Assembly: GCA_965203555.1 (NCBI GenBank)
Contig: CBDBCY010000004.1
Span: forward strand, 2,336,001-2,400,000
Direction of reading: 5' to 3'
DNA: 64,000 nucleotides
Source of the DNA: Acidimicrobiia bacterium
GTDB taxonomy: Bacteria > Actinomycetota > Acidimicrobiia > Spongiisociales > ZC4RG35
Shown here: piece after piece, positions 41,213 through 54,670 of the stretch
Layout: the number at the start of each line of letters is the position of its first letter
How positions within the stretch are numbered: position 1 is the stretch's first letter
Translations under genes and position numbers: made by a program
Notes under the pieces: generated by a model
What the model was told of the DNA's origin: nothing
The model's database searches: none
Seen by the model: the letters and a program-made list of their open reading frames with translations, nothing else

Positions 41213-42039
41213 CTCCCGGTTCCTACTACGACTCCGATCAGCCCCGCCGGCTGGTCATCTCCGAGATCAACAATCTCCGCCGCTATCGGGGGCTGCTGCG
41301 GCTGCTGGTGAGAAGGGACCTTACGGTTCGCTACAAGCGGTCCATGCTGGGAGTGTGGTGGACGCTTCTCAACCCCCTGCTGACCGTGGCTGTCATGTGG
41401 GCGGTGTTCAGCACCATTTTCCGCTTCGAGATACCGGGGGGAGTTCCCTACGTGGTGTACGTGCTGTCGGGAGTGATGCTGATCACGTTTTTCTCCCAGG
41501 GGGTGGTGGCGTCGGGATCGTCCATCGTGGGCTCGGCGGGGATTCTGTCCAAGGTGTACGTACCGGCGGAGGTATTCGCGGTGGCGCCCGCTCTCGCCGC
41601 CCTGGTGAATTTCGGCATCAACATCCTCCTGCTGCTGGTGGTGCAGTTGATAGCCGGGGTGGGCATTCCCCTCACCGCATTGCTGGCGCCGATTCCCCTG
41701 CTCTTTTTGGTCATGTTCGTGGCCGGCATGGGGATGATGGTGGCGTCCCTGGCAGTGGCGTATCGGGATGTCCTGGACATAGTCGGGGTGCTGCTCACCC
41801 TCACCATGTACGCCACCCCCGGCTTCTACCCGGTGACCATCGTCCCGGATCGATTCCTGTTCCTGATCCACGTCAATCCGCTCTATTCATACCTGGAAGT
41901 GTTCCGGGGACTGATCTACGGAGGCGGTTTCGCTCCGGGATGGATGTGGGCGGTGATGGTGTTCACGGCCTGCGCCGCCTTGTTGGGGGGCGCTTGGACC
42001 TTCTCCCGATCGTGGCGACGGCTGGCGGTGTTGGTATGA
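41209..42039 (+). CDS. Wzm/TagG-type polysaccharide ABC exporter permease
   Basis: RDLTVRYKRSMLGVWWTLLNP, KVYVP, YRDV, YATPGFYP, NPL. Confidence 0.9.
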   Translation: MTPGSYYDSDQPRRLVISEINNLRRYRGLLRLLVRRDLTVRYKRSMLGVWWTLLNPLLTVAVMWAVFSTIFRFEIPGGVPYVVYVLSGVMLITFFSQGVVASGSSIVGSAGILSKVYVPAEVFAVAPALAALVNFGINILLLLVVQLIAGVGIPLTALLAPIPLLFLVMFVAGMGMMVASLAVAYRDVLDIVGVLLTLTMYATPGFYPVTIVPDRFLFLIHVNPLYSYLEVFRGLIYGGGFAPGWMWAVMVFTACAALLGGAWTFSRSWRRLAVLV

Positions 42040-42773
42040 CGTCGCCGGCGGTTGACTGTCGACAGGTCTCTTTGGTCTATCCACTGGTCAGGGACCGTCC
42101 CGGCTCATTCAAGGAACAGGTCATCCGCTCTCTGCGCGGAAAGATCGAAGTGGATGAACTGAGGGCCATCCGGGATCTTTCTCTCCAGGTCGAGTACGGC
42201 GAAGTGCTGGGAGTGATCGGCGACAACGGCGCCGGGAAGTCAACTCTCATGAAAATCGTCGCCCGGGTGCTCCCCCCGACAGAAGGAAGAGTTATTGTCA
42301 GAGGTCTGGTGGCACCGCTCATCGAGTTGGGAGCGGGGTTCAATCCCGAGTTGACCGCCACCGAAAACGTGATCATGTACGGGGCTATCCTGGGTCGTTC
42401 TCCTCACCAGATGGCAGAGAGAGCGGATGCCATCATCGACTGGGCCGGGTTGTCAGAATTCGCCGATGTGGCGGTGCGGGCCTTTTCATCAGGGATGTTG
42501 GCCCGCCTGGGTTTCTCCATCGTCACCGACATCAACCCCGATGTGTTGCTGGTGGATGAAATCCTCAGCGTGGGTGATCAGAGCTTTCGAGAGAGGTCTC
42601 GGGAACGGGTGGGCAGTGTCATGGAGCGGGGCGCGGCAACGATTCTGGTGTCACACGACATGCAGATGGTGGAGGATCTGGCATCCCGCGCAATATGGCT
42701 GGACAGGGGGAGGATCCGCAAGGAAGGAACGCCGGAAGATGTGATCGCGGCCTACACCGGCGGCGGAGTTTAG
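42036..42773 (+). CDS. Wzt/TagH-type polysaccharide ABC exporter ATPase
   Basis: GDNGAGKSTL, GAGFNPELT, FSSGMLARLGF, DEILSVGD. Confidence 0.92.
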   Translation: MTSPAVDCRQVSLVYPLVRDRPGSFKEQVIRSLRGKIEVDELRAIRDLSLQVEYGEVLGVIGDNGAGKSTLMKIVARVLPPTEGRVIVRGLVAPLIELGAGFNPELTATENVIMYGAILGRSPHQMAERADAIIDWAGLSEFADVAVRAFSSGMLARLGFSIVTDINPDVLLVDEILSVGDQSFRERSRERVGSVMERGAATILVSHDMQMVEDLASRAIWLDRGRIRKEGTPEDVIAAYTGGGV

Positions 42774-43630
42774 AGCAAGTGGGCGAAGCCGGCCGGCGCG
42801 CCTTCGGGGACGGGCAGCAACGGCGCCCGACAGCGTCCTGCCCGCAGGCCCACCATCTCGGCCGCCGCCTTGACTCCGGGAATCCCGTAGCGGGCCACCC
42901 CATCGTTGGCGGCGGTCAGCCGATGCTGTTTCTTCATGTCTCCGGGAGGATTCTCCAACGCGGCGGTCACTACTTCCAGGCCCAACTGCGGGACGTAGTT
43001 GGCGGCCGCCAGTATGACACCGTACACCCCTGCCGCCAGGGTCAGGTTGACGGAATAGGCCGAGCCATTGTACAGGGCGAAGTTGTCCGGTAGTCCGGCC
43101 AGCATCCGCTGGATGCGGACGGCGTCCCCGCTGGAGTCCTTCATGCCCACCACATTCGGGTGTCGGGCCAACTCCCAGACGGTCTCCAACGGGATCGAAT
43201 AGGCAGTTACCACCGGCACCGAATAGAGGAACACCGGAAGGGGGGACTCATCTGCGACTTCTGTGAAGAAGGCCGCAACAAAGTTGGTGCGATTTCGGGA
43301 CAAAGTGGTGGGGGTCAGCACCAAGGCGGCGTCGGCGCCGCCCTCGGCCGCCTCGGCGATCTGGCGCCGGGCCGCTCGATTGGTCTCGGCGTTGATGCCG
43401 CACAGGAGAAAGGTGTTATCGCCGACACTGTCTCGGGAGGCGGCGGTCAGTCGCAATCTCTCACCGGGTTCGAGAAGGGGCCCCTCACCGGTGGAGCCGG
43501 CCAACACGAAACCTTCGTATCCCAACCCGGCCAGCACCGACAGGTTGTGACGATGGGCTTGGAGATCAAGTTCTTGCCGATCATCGAAAGGAGTGATAAT
43601 GGCAGGCATGGCCCTTGGCAGTGAATTCAT
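42770..43630 (-). CDS. DapA/NanA family class I aldolase
   Basis: ITPF, GSTGE, LYSVP, VVGMKDSSG. Confidence 0.88.
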   Translation of the reverse strand: MNSLPRAMPAIITPFDDRQELDLQAHRHNLSVLAGLGYEGFVLAGSTGEGPLLEPGERLRLTAASRDSVGDNTFLLCGINAETNRAARRQIAEAAEGGADAALVLTPTTLSRNRTNFVAAFFTEVADESPLPVFLYSVPVVTAYSIPLETVWELARHPNVVGMKDSSGDAVRIQRMLAGLPDNFALYNGSAYSVNLTLAAGVYGVILAAANYVPQLGLEVVTAALENPPGDMKKQHRLTAANDGVARYGIPGVKAAAEMVGLRAGRCRAPLLPVPEGAPAGFAHLL

Positions 43631-43695
43631 CAGGCTCGGATGATAGCCCTTTGGCGGCCGGTAGCCTTAACCCGGTTGCCGATTAAGGAGAAGAG

Positions 43696-44679
43696 TTGAA
43701 GTTTGCCTGGCTATGCAGCCACGAGTCCTACCAGCCGGAAGTACTGGTGGATCAAGCAGTTCGAGCGGAGGAAGCCGGATTCGACATGATCCTGGGGTCG
43801 GATCACTTCCATCCCTGGGTCGACGACAACTGCGCGTCAGGTTTCGTGTGGTCCTGGCTGGGGGCGGTGGCGGCTCGGACCGACGCGGAACTCGCCACTT
43901 CCGTTACCTGTCCTCTCTATCACTATCACCCCGCCTTGGTGGCCCAGGCGGCCGCCACCGTGGACAGGTTGACAGGAGGAAAATTCGTTCTGGGAGTGGG
44001 TACCGGGGAGAACATCAACGAGGGACCGATGGGGTTCAAATTCGGGGATTACCGGGAACGCATCAGGAGAATGCGCGAAGCACTGGAGATCATGCATCGG
44101 CTGCTGGAGGGCGAGAAACTGGACTTTGAGGGCGACTGGTACATCACCGACAAGGCCAGGCTCTACAGCCCGCCGCCCCGCAAGACGCCTATCTGGATGG
44201 CGGCCGGAGGCCCTCAGTCCGCCACGTTCGCCGGAAGGCGGGCGGATGGCTTGATCACCAGCGTGAAAGCGCCTGCCGACACCCTTGAGAGGGTGATCGG
44301 ACCATTCCGGGCCTCCGCTGAGAAGTGGGGACGGCCTGGAACGCTCATGACCACCCGCTGGTGCGTGCTGGCCGGTGACGAATCCGAAGCCTGGGAAGCC
44401 CTGGGCAGCATGAGGGGCTTGCGGGCGCCCGGAAGGCTGCAGGCTGTCGACCCGATGGTCCTTCGGGAGCGGGCGGACTCCATGGACCGCGATGAAGTTC
44501 TGGGTAAGTACACAATGGCGGCCGGCGTGGAAGATCTGATCGATGTCTACCGCCCGTTGGTGACCGAGATCGGCGCCGACTACGTCGCCATCCAGATCGC
44601 CTCCACCAACCCCGACCGCACCCTGGAAATAGTCGAAAAGGAAGTCCTACCCGAACTGCGGGCGGTGGCCGATTCGTAG
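43696..44679 (+). CDS. F420-dependent LLM oxidoreductase (G6PDH-F420 family)
   Basis: SHE, SDHFHPW, TSVTCP, LGVGTGENINE, MAAGGP. Confidence 0.88.
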   Translation: MKFAWLCSHESYQPEVLVDQAVRAEEAGFDMILGSDHFHPWVDDNCASGFVWSWLGAVAARTDAELATSVTCPLYHYHPALVAQAAATVDRLTGGKFVLGVGTGENINEGPMGFKFGDYRERIRRMREALEIMHRLLEGEKLDFEGDWYITDKARLYSPPPRKTPIWMAAGGPQSATFAGRRADGLITSVKAPADTLERVIGPFRASAEKWGRPGTLMTTRWCVLAGDESEAWEALGSMRGLRAPGRLQAVDPMVLRERADSMDRDEVLGKYTMAAGVEDLIDVYRPLVTEIGADYVAIQIASTNPDRTLEIVEKEVLPELRAVADS

Positions 44680-44781
44680 CCACCCCGGCTCGTCCGGCGG
44701 TCAGCGGGGCCGGATGTCGGGAATGTTCCATCCGCGCCGGATGGGACCAAATCCCGTGAACCTCCCTTTCCAGGGACAGTG

Positions 44782-44831
44782 TCCCTGTTTTGGTATACAT
44801 TTTCGGGGATGGCATCCCTGTTTTGGTATAC
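44782..44831. repeat. Two 17-bp direct repeats, 33-bp period
   Basis: TCCCTGTTTTGGTATAC at 44782-44798 and 44815-44831. Confidence 0.85.
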
Positions 44832-44959
44832 CCTCGGCCTGTGATTCTGTACTGGCTTGACGGCGGATCGGTATAGGTTGACCCTGCCGCTCTGTCCGTA
44901 AGTCAGGGTACGGCGGGAGTCCTCTCCCGATCACGGCGGGGAGAGTATGCTGAAAGGGC

Positions 44960-45679
44960 ATGAGCGAGGGTGACGGGATGGATCCGCGTTTCGACCGTCG
45001 GCTCTACACGGTGAGCGACGCCGCCCGGTACATTGGCATGAGTCCTACGACCCTTTCGGCTTGGACAAGGGAGAGGTCCGGTCGGAGGAAGCCTCGGTCC
45101 GGCGGTGGGGAGAGGCCGGTAGTGACCGCATTGGAAGCACGAAAGGGTGATCGTCGGCGGATTCCTTTCATAGGACTGATCGAGGCGACGGTTGTGCAGG
45201 CCTTCCGGCAGACCGGCCTTCCGATGCAGCGTATTCGTCGCGCCCTTCGGGTGCTTTCGGAGAGAGGCGAACTGGAACATGCTCTGGCTTCGAAGGGCTT
45301 GTTCACCGACGGCGCCGAGGTGCTGTACGACTACGCCTCCTATTCCGGCGATCCCCAGCTTCGTCTGCTCACCGTGGTACACACCGGCCGGCGGGTCTTT
45401 CACGAAGTTATATTGGAGTACGTGCGGAGAATCGATTTCGGAGACAACTGGGCGACCGGCTTGATTATCCCCATCACCAAGCGGGAACTTCTGAGGGTCC
45501 GTCCTGATGTGGCCGGTGGAGACCCGCTGTTCATGAACGGCGGGGCGCCGCTGTCAGCGGTGTACTCCCGGTATCGAGCCGGCGAGCCCATCGGTTCCAT
45601 AGCAGCCGACTTCGAAGTCCCCGCTGACGATATCGCCGAGAGCATCCGTGCCGTCTGGCCGCGATCCGAAGCAGCCTGA
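44960..45679 (+). CDS. DUF433-containing antitoxin (VapB45/Rv2018-like)
   Basis: LYTVSDAARYIGMSPTTLSAW HTH, FIGLIEA, LFTDGAEVL, RPDVAGGDP..RYRAGEPIGSIAADF DUF433 domain. Confidence 0.85.
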   Translation: MSEGDGMDPRFDRRLYTVSDAARYIGMSPTTLSAWTRERSGRRKPRSGGGERPVVTALEARKGDRRRIPFIGLIEATVVQAFRQTGLPMQRIRRALRVLSERGELEHALASKGLFTDGAEVLYDYASYSGDPQLRLLTVVHTGRRVFHEVILEYVRRIDFGDNWATGLIIPITKRELLRVRPDVAGGDPLFMNGGAPLSAVYSRYRAGEPIGSIAADFEVPADDIAESIRAVWPRSEAA

Positions 45680-46076
45680 TCCCGACACCGCGATCTTTTT
45701 CCTGGACCGTTCGGTAGGTAAGAACACTGTGGCCGCCGCGCTCCGGGAACAGGGTGTCGACGTGCGGCATATGGGAGAGATCTACCCTTCTGACGGCCAA
45801 TTCATCTCTGATCCCGAATGGACACTTCGTTGTGATCAGGAAGGCTGGGTGGCAAGCACCAAGGACGGTCGTATCGTTGGTGACCACTGGGAGGCTATCG
45901 AGTCGGCGGGGCTTCGTCTCTTCGTTTTCCCCAACGCGAACCTGACCGGAGAGGAAATGGGTGCCCGAATCAGGAACAACTGGAGTCGTATCTTGGCCCA
46001 CCTCCGCAAACCGGGACCATATGCGTACGCGATACTGCCCCGCGGTCTCGACAGACGGTGGCCTGCCAAAGGTTGA
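45648..46076 (+). CDS. PIN-like toxin (VapC45/Rv2019-like)
   Basis: FFLDRSVG, SDPEW, GWVASTKDGRI; overlaps the antitoxin gene. Confidence 0.82.
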   Translation: MPSGRDPKQPDPDTAIFFLDRSVGKNTVAAALREQGVDVRHMGEIYPSDGQFISDPEWTLRCDQEGWVASTKDGRIVGDHWEAIESAGLRLFVFPNANLTGEEMGARIRNNWSRILAHLRKPGPYAYAILPRGLDRRWPAKG

Positions 46077-46088
46077 GCACCGGCAGTT

Positions 46089-47921
46089 TCAGCTTATCCG
46101 TGTTCGAGCAGCGCGCAGGGCGTCGGCCATGGCCCCGGTGCCGGAAAAGGTGACGGTGAGGGTCTGGGTTGCCCGGGTCATCGCCGTGTACAGCAGCCTC
46201 TTTTGGGCATCGATCCTGCTGGAGACATCTTCATCCCTCACCCATATGTGGTTGGCGGCTCCTATGATCACATGGGGAAACTCGAGACCCTTGAAGAGAT
46301 GAAGAGTGGCCATCCGTACCGCGTCTCGGACAAAGGCTGACTTATCCTTGTTCCGGAAAGGCCGCCGGGCGTTGAACCAGCGCACTCCACTCTTCTGAAG
46401 TTCTTGCCGCACGTAATGTCTCTGCCGTTTGTGACCTGACAACACCACTATGTCTCTTGGTTCTACTCCTGCGTCAAGCCTCTCTTTCACCTGGCGAGCT
46501 ATCTCCGTGGTTTCAGCCCTCAGGTCTGCGCATTCCAGAAGGAGCGGTCTCGGCCCGCTCCGTTCGGCCGCCTCGGGCAGCACCAGCGTCTCGAGATCGT
46601 TGGCGACGGCCCGGCTTGGGGTCCGGTTGGGGCCCACCAATATATCGACGGCTGGCTCAAGTATCTCACGGGTGTTGCGGTAGTTTCGCCGGAGAATGGT
46701 GGAGCGTCCGCGGGCGGTCATTCCCGGCGGGTTCCAGGTCATCCGTCTCCGGTAGATGTTCTGAGCGCTGTCCAGCGCCATCACGAAATGGTCCTTGTCC
46801 GACTTGAGCATTGCGTGGGCCAGTTCGAGATGGGAGGGTTCCAGGTCCTGTGCCTCATCAACCAGGACCAAGTCGTATTTGTCAGAATCGCTCAGGTCTT
46901 CGGCATTGTTCTTGGCATCGATTCGTCTCTGCCGCCACTTCTCTTCATCTGGCAGATTCGGTGGCGAACCTCCGGCAGGCTCCTCTACCAGTTCGTATGC
47001 CAAGGCGTCCACCGTCTTGACCTTGATATTGGAGGTGCCCGCCACCTCCTTCTTCAACGCGGCAAACAATGGCCGGTTGAAGCACAATAACAGGATGTGG
47101 GTCGACGGGAAGTGCTCGGCGAAGTATCTGGCGCGATAGGTGAGTACCAGGGTCTTGCCGCTTCCCGCCACGCCGCGGATGATCCGATAGCCGGGTCCGA
47201 GCGACATCGCCAGCCGCTCTTGCCGTCTGTCGAGCACCGCGATGGCTTGGTCGGGATCAGAAAGGGAGGGTGGATCGAATAGCAGCCGTCCCTGGTCGGC
47301 GTCCTGATCATCTTTGATGACGATCCTGGGATTGACCGCCGCACGAACAACCTTTTCGTTCTCCTCCGTCAACGATGGAGATTTCCCTCCCAGGATGCGG
47401 CGAAGGGCCATCCCCAGATTCTTCGGCTGGAAGTCCTCCCTCGATAGCAGGGGAGTGTTGCGGCCAGCGGAGGCAACTCTGGCTCGGGGGACCTCCGGCA
47501 AGGCGATCGCATGCCTGATGGGAAGTTCACTGATTCGAGAAGTGCCGGAGATGTGAATCCGCTGAGAAAGCCCTTCTGCTCTCGTCTTTACATCGCTCTG
47601 GATATGGGCAAGGTCGAGCTTGCGGCGTAAAGCCAGCACTCCCCTGCGGGCCAGGGAGCGAGGGGAAGGCGCTTCCAGAACGGCGATTCCAGATGCCGGA
47701 TCGAATACCACCAGGTAGGGATCCTGGTCCGTTGGAGAGGACACCTGGTCGAAATCGATTTCAAACTCCGAGGCCAAGGTGACGCGATCACCGGTCCCGG
47801 TTCTCTCCAGCCACACTGTCACCTCCTCCGGCAAGAAATCGCGCAAGGCCCGGGCAACGGTCTGCAGGCGGGCGGGCAGATCGTTGCGACTGGGAATGTT
47901 CTGAGGTATCAGGAAGGCCAT
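46089..47921 (-). CDS. Degenerate NERD-like domain plus UvrD-like SF1 helicase
   Basis: GVAGSGKT, LVDEAQD, DSAQNIY, RNYRNT, HLFKGLEF, LYTAMTRA; N-terminal DPYLVVFDPASGIAVLEAP is NERD-like but lacks the catalytic D and K. Confidence 0.85.
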   Translation of the reverse strand: MAFLIPQNIPSRNDLPARLQTVARALRDFLPEEVTVWLERTGTGDRVTLASEFEIDFDQVSSPTDQDPYLVVFDPASGIAVLEAPSPRSLARRGVLALRRKLDLAHIQSDVKTRAEGLSQRIHISGTSRISELPIRHAIALPEVPRARVASAGRNTPLLSREDFQPKNLGMALRRILGGKSPSLTEENEKVVRAAVNPRIVIKDDQDADQGRLLFDPPSLSDPDQAIAVLDRRQERLAMSLGPGYRIIRGVAGSGKTLVLTYRARYFAEHFPSTHILLLCFNRPLFAALKKEVAGTSNIKVKTVDALAYELVEEPAGGSPPNLPDEEKWRQRRIDAKNNAEDLSDSDKYDLVLVDEAQDLEPSHLELAHAMLKSDKDHFVMALDSAQNIYRRRMTWNPPGMTARGRSTILRRNYRNTREILEPAVDILVGPNRTPSRAVANDLETLVLPEAAERSGPRPLLLECADLRAETTEIARQVKERLDAGVEPRDIVVLSGHKRQRHYVRQELQKSGVRWFNARRPFRNKDKSAFVRDAVRMATLHLFKGLEFPHVIIGAANHIWVRDEDVSSRIDAQKRLLYTAMTRATQTLTVTFSGTGAMADALRAARTRIS

Positions 47922-53147
<5,226 letters not shown>

Positions 53148-53282
53148 TGGAGCTCTCGATCAGCAGATCCCTGTTGGGAGTGAAGCCGGAGGCCGTACCC
53201 TCCCTCTTCCACGCGACTGCTCAGGCTGTTCTCGACACTCTCCGGAGTCTCACACCGTCCGGGACACCCTTGATTTTGACTA

Positions 53283-53309
53283 GAATAGGATTGACAGAGT
53301 CAACTATTC
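53283..53309. promoter_or_regulatory. Inverted repeat upstream of the sup-type ACP
   Basis: GAATAG-GA-TTGAC-AGA-GTCAA-CTATTC just before the GAGGAG RBS. Confidence 0.45.
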
Positions 53310-53325
53310 ATGTGAGGAGAGCAAA

Positions 53326-53562
53326 GTGTCTTCAACCGAGGAACGAGTCAAAGCGCTGGTCGCTGCGAACCTGGAAGTGGACGGTCAACCATTGGGTGGT
53401 TCTCTGAACCTGGAAGTCAGCCTGGTGGATCATGGAGTGTCGTCTTTGGATCTGGTGGCGTTTGCCAAGGTGGTCGCCCAGGACTTTGGCGTGACCTTCA
53501 GCACCGAAGACTGCGCGAGTATCAACACCATCCAGGGTCTCATAGATTTCTTGGACGGCTGA
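53326..53562 (+). CDS. Stand-alone acyl carrier protein (SupB-like)
   Basis: LVDHGVSSLDLV carrier motif; 78 aa acidic; next to a PPTase and PKS. Confidence 0.85.
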   Translation: MSSTEERVKALVAANLEVDGQPLGGSLNLEVSLVDHGVSSLDLVAFAKVVAQDFGVTFSTEDCASINTIQGLIDFLDG

Positions 53563-53629
53563 GACGGGAAGTCTCGATAACTAAGAGGAACGCCCATCAA
53601 CCGGTTTATGAGGGGCTGAAGGGGGGGCG

Positions 53630-54466
53630 GTGGGTTGCCGAGTCGGAGGAAGCGCGGACTCCGTCGACGACCCTTGGTGGCGTCTCCTCAAATTGACCGG
53701 TCGCCTTGAGATCAATCATGTGAGCCTGGTGCCACACTCGTCCCACGAGGAAAGAGCCTGGGACTGGTTGAGTGACGAAGAACGGCGGCGGTGGGAGAGG
53801 TTCTTGCGTTCAGGTCCCCGGCGCCGTTTTGCTCTGTGCCGGGCCGCGCTGCGGGCGGTTCTCTGCTCCCGGTTGGGTTGTGACAACCGGGATCTCGCTT
53901 TCGAAGTCTCCGAATATGGAAAGCCCTTTGCTCTGTTGCGAGGAGAGAGAGCACCCATCGGATTCAACGTAAGCCACAGCGGAAACCACGGGCTCATTGC
54001 GCTGGCCGAACAGGGAAGGGTGGGGGTTGACGTGGAGGAGCGAAAGTGCCGGGGGGACCTGGACGACCTGGCTGAAACTGTTTTCGGAGCGGAAGAGCGG
54101 GCCCTTGTTGCCGAGTTGCAGGGAGAAGCCAAGCTCCGTACTTTCTACGATTTCTGGACTGTCAAGGAAGCCTTGGCCAAAGCCTTGGGCACGGGCCTCC
54201 ATACGGACTTTGCACGGTTTCAGGTACCACCGGGGATGCGTGGAGGCGAGCGGACCGGCCTCTTCCGGTTTCCCCATCTGTCAGACGTGATTTGGGAGGT
54301 GGAGAATCTCGGTAGCAGACAGACTGCTATGGCCGTGGCTCTTGAAGTGGATCCCAAAGGGACAGGTAGGTTAACCCCCGGAGTCGCTCACTCCGGATGG
54401 GAGCAAGACGGTCAACCTTTCCGGTCGAAGCCGGGGAGGAGGCGCCGGCATCAAACCCGGGGCTGA
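53630..54466 (+). CDS. Sfp-type 4'-phosphopantetheinyl transferase
   Basis: YGKP, FNVSHSG, VGVDVE, WTVKEALAKALGTG. Confidence 0.93.
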   Translation: MGCRVGGSADSVDDPWWRLLKLTGRLEINHVSLVPHSSHEERAWDWLSDEERRRWERFLRSGPRRRFALCRAALRAVLCSRLGCDNRDLAFEVSEYGKPFALLRGERAPIGFNVSHSGNHGLIALAEQGRVGVDVEERKCRGDLDDLAETVFGAEERALVAELQGEAKLRTFYDFWTVKEALAKALGTGLHTDFARFQVPPGMRGGERTGLFRFPHLSDVIWEVENLGSRQTAMAVALEVDPKGTGRLTPGVAHSGWEQDGQPFRSKPGRRRRHQTRG

Positions 54467-54670
54467 CTCGCCGGCGATTCAACGACTGGTTGACGGGTCT
54501 TCACGGTCAAGATCCCAACAGGCCCGATAGTGGGGTAGGACAAGGGCATCCCGGCAGAACCCTGGGCCGGGTACCCCCTGGACTATCTTTGGCTGCACGC
54601 TTTTTCACTTGCCGGGAGGCGAGGTGACGATCGGTACCAAGAGGACTATGCGACAGATAGGCGGTGGCTT

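Noticed and set aside
44707-44718. GGGCCGGATGTC shared with the hairpin at 33554 as a REP family
   Set aside because: A single 12-bp match in GC-rich DNA with no full palindrome at the second site is insufficient
44782-44831. Possible CRISPR mini-array
   Set aside because: Only two 17-bp repeats with a 16-bp spacer and no cas genes
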